A DNA stretch of 64,000 bases from Nitrospirota bacterium (GTDB lineage Bacteria; Nitrospirota; UBA9217). Below are positions 61,236 through 64,000 of this stretch, piece after piece. A model generated the notes under the pieces. That model did not search any database and was not told the DNA's origin. It was given only the letters and a program-made list of their open reading frames with translations. Position 1 is the first letter of the stretch, and the number at the start of each line of letters is the position of its first letter. A program made the position numbers and the translations under genes. The DNA lies in contig CAWCKW010000006.1 in NCBI GenBank assembly GCA_963796285.1, positions 152,090-216,089 of the forward strand. Direction: 5' to 3'.

Positions 61236-61468
61236 TGCGGCGTCCTCCTTTCTTCTGGAGAGGAATTCATTATTTATTGATTTTTTGCCGTTTTTTTACA
61301 ACGAAGCTGTCTGTTCTTCCTATCAGACACGAAGACCGGTATTAAGTTTAATGGTGCAATACTATTTTATTTGCAATTTATATCATATGTGTTAAAATCA
61401 TTTGTATAAGAACTAATTAGCACTTAGTTGGTGCTTTGTCAAGCATATTTTTAAGGAGGAACTCCCCG

Positions 61469-62024
61469 ATGAGCAAGAAATCCGAAATAGTCGCGGAAAT
61501 AATCAACAACCTGCGCCGGGTATTTCAGGTCGTCAACGAACAATCGAAAAAAGCCGAGCATGAGACGGGCCTGACCGGTCCCCAGCTCTGGGCGATCAAA
61601 ATCATAGCCCAGGAAGCACCGATCATGGTTTCTGATATCGCGCGGCGCATGTTTCTTCACCCTACCACCGTGGTCGGTATTCTGGACCGTCTCGAAAAAC
61701 AAGGGTTAGTCGTACGAATACGCTCGACAGAAGACCGTCGTGTGGTAAAAGTGGAATTAACCGCACAGGGCCGGGCTTTAGTCAAGAAAGCGCCGGAAGT
61801 AGCTCAGGGCCTCCTGGTCGCTGGGCTTGAGAAACTGAACGCAAAAAATCTTGATAAATATTGCGCAGGGGCTTGATCAGATGGTTGGCATCCTCGGGGC
61901 GCAAAACATTCCTCCGCAACTTATTCTATCCCCGGAGGTAAAAAAACCTGGAATAACCGCAGTTGGTGCGACAATGGCAAGCTTTGCCACGCGACGAAGA
62001 TTGGCTGCAACAAAAACCCGATGA
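61469..62024 (+). CDS. MarR family regulator, apparent frameshift near 61858
   Basis: GLTGPQL, TVVGILDRLE, DRRVV.V.LT; continues IAQGLDQMV...PPQLI in the shifted frame. Confidence 0.88.
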
Positions 62025-62056
62025 ACAAAGATGAAAAGATAAAAGCACCTATCAAT

Positions 62057-62115
62057 AGCCTTGTCGCACCCCATGCGCCGCAGGGCCGCGAGAATGACGT
62101 TGTTGCTCAGGCTTA
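62057..62115 (-). mobile_element. Tiny remnant of a P4-like tyrosine integrase
   Basis: [18 protein letters not shown] resembles the conserved S.NT...ALRRMGY segment. Confidence 0.5.
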
Positions 62116-63124
62116 TCCCCTCCCTCGCAACCGGTACAAAAGAGCGATATTCACGAGATAGGCAAGAAAGAGCGCGAGCGCATCCCAGCCGATACGAAGC
62201 GCCGTTTTTTTCTCCAGCCGATACATGAGGCTTACGACCACGATAGCAGTCATGATGATGGCGATCGTCCCCGTTATCACATGGTTCTGCGATACGGCGC
62301 TGAACAGAGGTCCGTGTGCGTAAGCAAGATCGTCGATGGCGAGGATCACCATGTTGAACAGGTTGCTTCCCAGGAGGTTCGCGATCGCCATATCCGCGGC
62401 GCCGATCCTGAGGGCGGAGATCGACACGGCCAGCTCCGGCAGCGACGTGGTCATGGCGATAAGGATTGAACCCACGAAGCTCCTGCCGAGCCCTGTCGCC
62501 TCGGCCAGGCCAACGCCGATGAACGGAAGCCAAGTGGCGGCAGCGACGATGACCAGGGCGTTCAGTGCATACTTTGCAGATGCTTCTTGTGTGGAGATAT
62601 GGTCATACTGAAGCGCAGGGGCGATCTCTCCGATGTGGGGCACAGCCTGTCGTTTCTGGAACAGGAATACGCTCCGCATGGAGAGAGCATACAATCCGAT
62701 GATGAGTGGCGTGGAAAACGAGATATGTCCGAAAGACGGAAGCCCCGTTGCGGCGGCGACGGAAAACGTGGCGATCCCCATCAGGATCACGCCGAATCCC
62801 GCGCTCAGAATATGGCAGTGCTCTGCACGGGAAAAGATCGGCTGCGTGCCGTGCAGCATATCCATGAGCGCAATGAGGGGAGAGATTGAACACGCAGCTC
62901 CCCATCACGTCACCCAAAGCGATATCGGGAGCCCCGGCGATGGCAACGGAACTGACTCCCGTGATCAACTCCGGCAGGGAGGTGACGCCGGACATCAGGA
63001 TCAGCCCGATCCATGCCCTCCCGAGCCCGGTCTTCTCGGCGATCACGTCCCCGTAGCGCGACAGCTTCGTCCCACAGTAAACGATGAAGGTGGAGCAGAT
63101 CAGGAATTTCAGCCGGAACAGCAT
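62113..63124 (-). CDS. Na+/Ca2+ antiporter (CaCA family), frameshift near 62878
   Basis: Two alpha repeats: TSLPEL...GSCVFN and TSLPEL...GSNLFN. Confidence 0.88.
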
Positions 63125-63155
63125 GCTTTCCTCCCGAATGACTGCGACATTGCTG

Positions 63156-64000
63156 CTACCATGGCGGACGCTTCATCAGCCGTTCGCCTTTGGGGATGAT
63201 CGATATGCCGGATGGATCGCGGTGGCAGGCGCATTGGAGCCGATCGACATCGGGCCCGAACCCGATCCGCTCGCCTTCTGCGAGTTCATTGAACTTGTCC
63301 ACGATCACCCGCTTGAGGCGGCAGCCTTTCTTGATCACCGAGTGGTCCATGATGATACAATCTTCGATAACGACGTCTTCTTCGACAACGACGTCCCGCC
63401 GTATCACTGAATTGACGATCCGGGCGTCCTTGATCAATGCACCCTCGGAAATGAAGCTGTTCTGAATATCGCCCTTCAAGATCTTCGCTGAAGGACCCTC
63501 ATATTCCGATGGATGGATGGGCCATTGTCGGTTATGCAGTTCAAATTTCGGCCGTTCGCCCAGCATGTCCATGTGGGCATCGAAAAAAGCCGGGATCGTG
63601 CCCACATCCCGCCAATACCCCTGCTCCTCGTAGGGCATGAAGCCGGGGATGATGTTGGTTGCAAAGTCATACGCGAACACCTTCCCGGTATCTACAAGAT
63701 CAGGGAGCAGATGGGTCCCGAAATCATGGTGGTCCTTCTGCTGCCCCTTGACGAGCGCGTCCAGCAGGACCTCCTTGTTGAAAATGTAGTTCCCCATGGA
63801 TGCATAGGCCCGCTGTGGATCATCGGCCATGGGGGCGGGGTGGGCCGGCTTTTCCTGGAATCCGGTGATCCTTTTGGATTGGTCCGTCTTGATGATGCCG
63901 AATGCAGATGCCTGACCCATTGGCACCGGCCGGGCGGCGACCGTTACGGCAGCGTTTCGCTCGAGGTGAAAATCGATCATCTGGCGGATGTCCATCCGGT
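63156..64000 (-). CDS. glgC: Glucose-1-phosphate adenylyltransferase (5'-truncated)
   Basis: [23 protein letters not shown], left-handed beta-helix C-terminus. Confidence 0.93.
   Translation of the reverse strand, partial: RMDIRQMIDFHLERNAAVTVAARPVPMGQASAFGIIKTDQSKRITGFQEKPAHPAPMADDPQRAYASMGNYIFNKEVLLDALVKGQQKDHHDFGTHLLPDLVDTGKVFAYDFATNIIPGFMPYEEQGYWRDVGTIPAFFDAHMDMLGERPKFELHNRQWPIHPSEYEGPSAKILKGDIQNSFISEGALIKDARIVNSVIRRDVVVEEDVVIEDCIIMDHSVIKKGCRLKRVIVDKFNELAEGERIGFGPDVDRLQCACHRDPSGISIIPKGERLMKRPPW

Noticed and set aside
61417-61442. CIRCE (HrcA) element
   Set aside because: Only TTAGCACT matches; the spacer and right arm do not fit TTAGCACTC-N9-GAGTGCTAA, and no chaperone gene is adjacent
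60969-62115. Prophage, suggested by the holin label and integrase fragment
   Set aside because: No endolysin, structural or replication genes; neighbours are cellular

Overview
A 64 kb chromosomal window, moderately GC-rich, from an anaerobic Gram-negative bacterium. Gene content and order look Nitrospirota/Desulfobacterota-like, which is an inference only. It begins with a core block (mutS2-dnaG-rpoD-tRNA-Ile(CAT)-zinc-ribbon-RNase H-rnpB), followed by a small accessory patch with two type II toxin-antitoxin pairs and several gene remnants. The rest is mixed housekeeping: RRM-rpsU, aldo/keto reductase, Smr-MutY-radical SAM-Lrp-trpB2, prfC, a B12 radical SAM enzyme, a GGDEF/EAL operon, an mscL-ompA-comEA-like envelope cluster, speD-speE-decarboxylase, a histidine kinase/HD-GYP pair, RACo, a glucosylglycerate-type compatible-solute cluster, pal and glgC. 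About eleven genes carry apparent single-base frameshifts, probably sequencing or assembly errors. The most interesting unannotated signals are non-coding: a stand-alone, promoter-driven rod-shaped RNA resembling 6S at about 14420-14618 (-); long structured leaders before the GGDEF/EAL operon and before speD; several apparently leaderless genes, some sharing a -10/TCGGC/ATG motif; and families of short intergenic inverted repeats. I saw no CRISPR array, rRNA, intact transposase or prophage.
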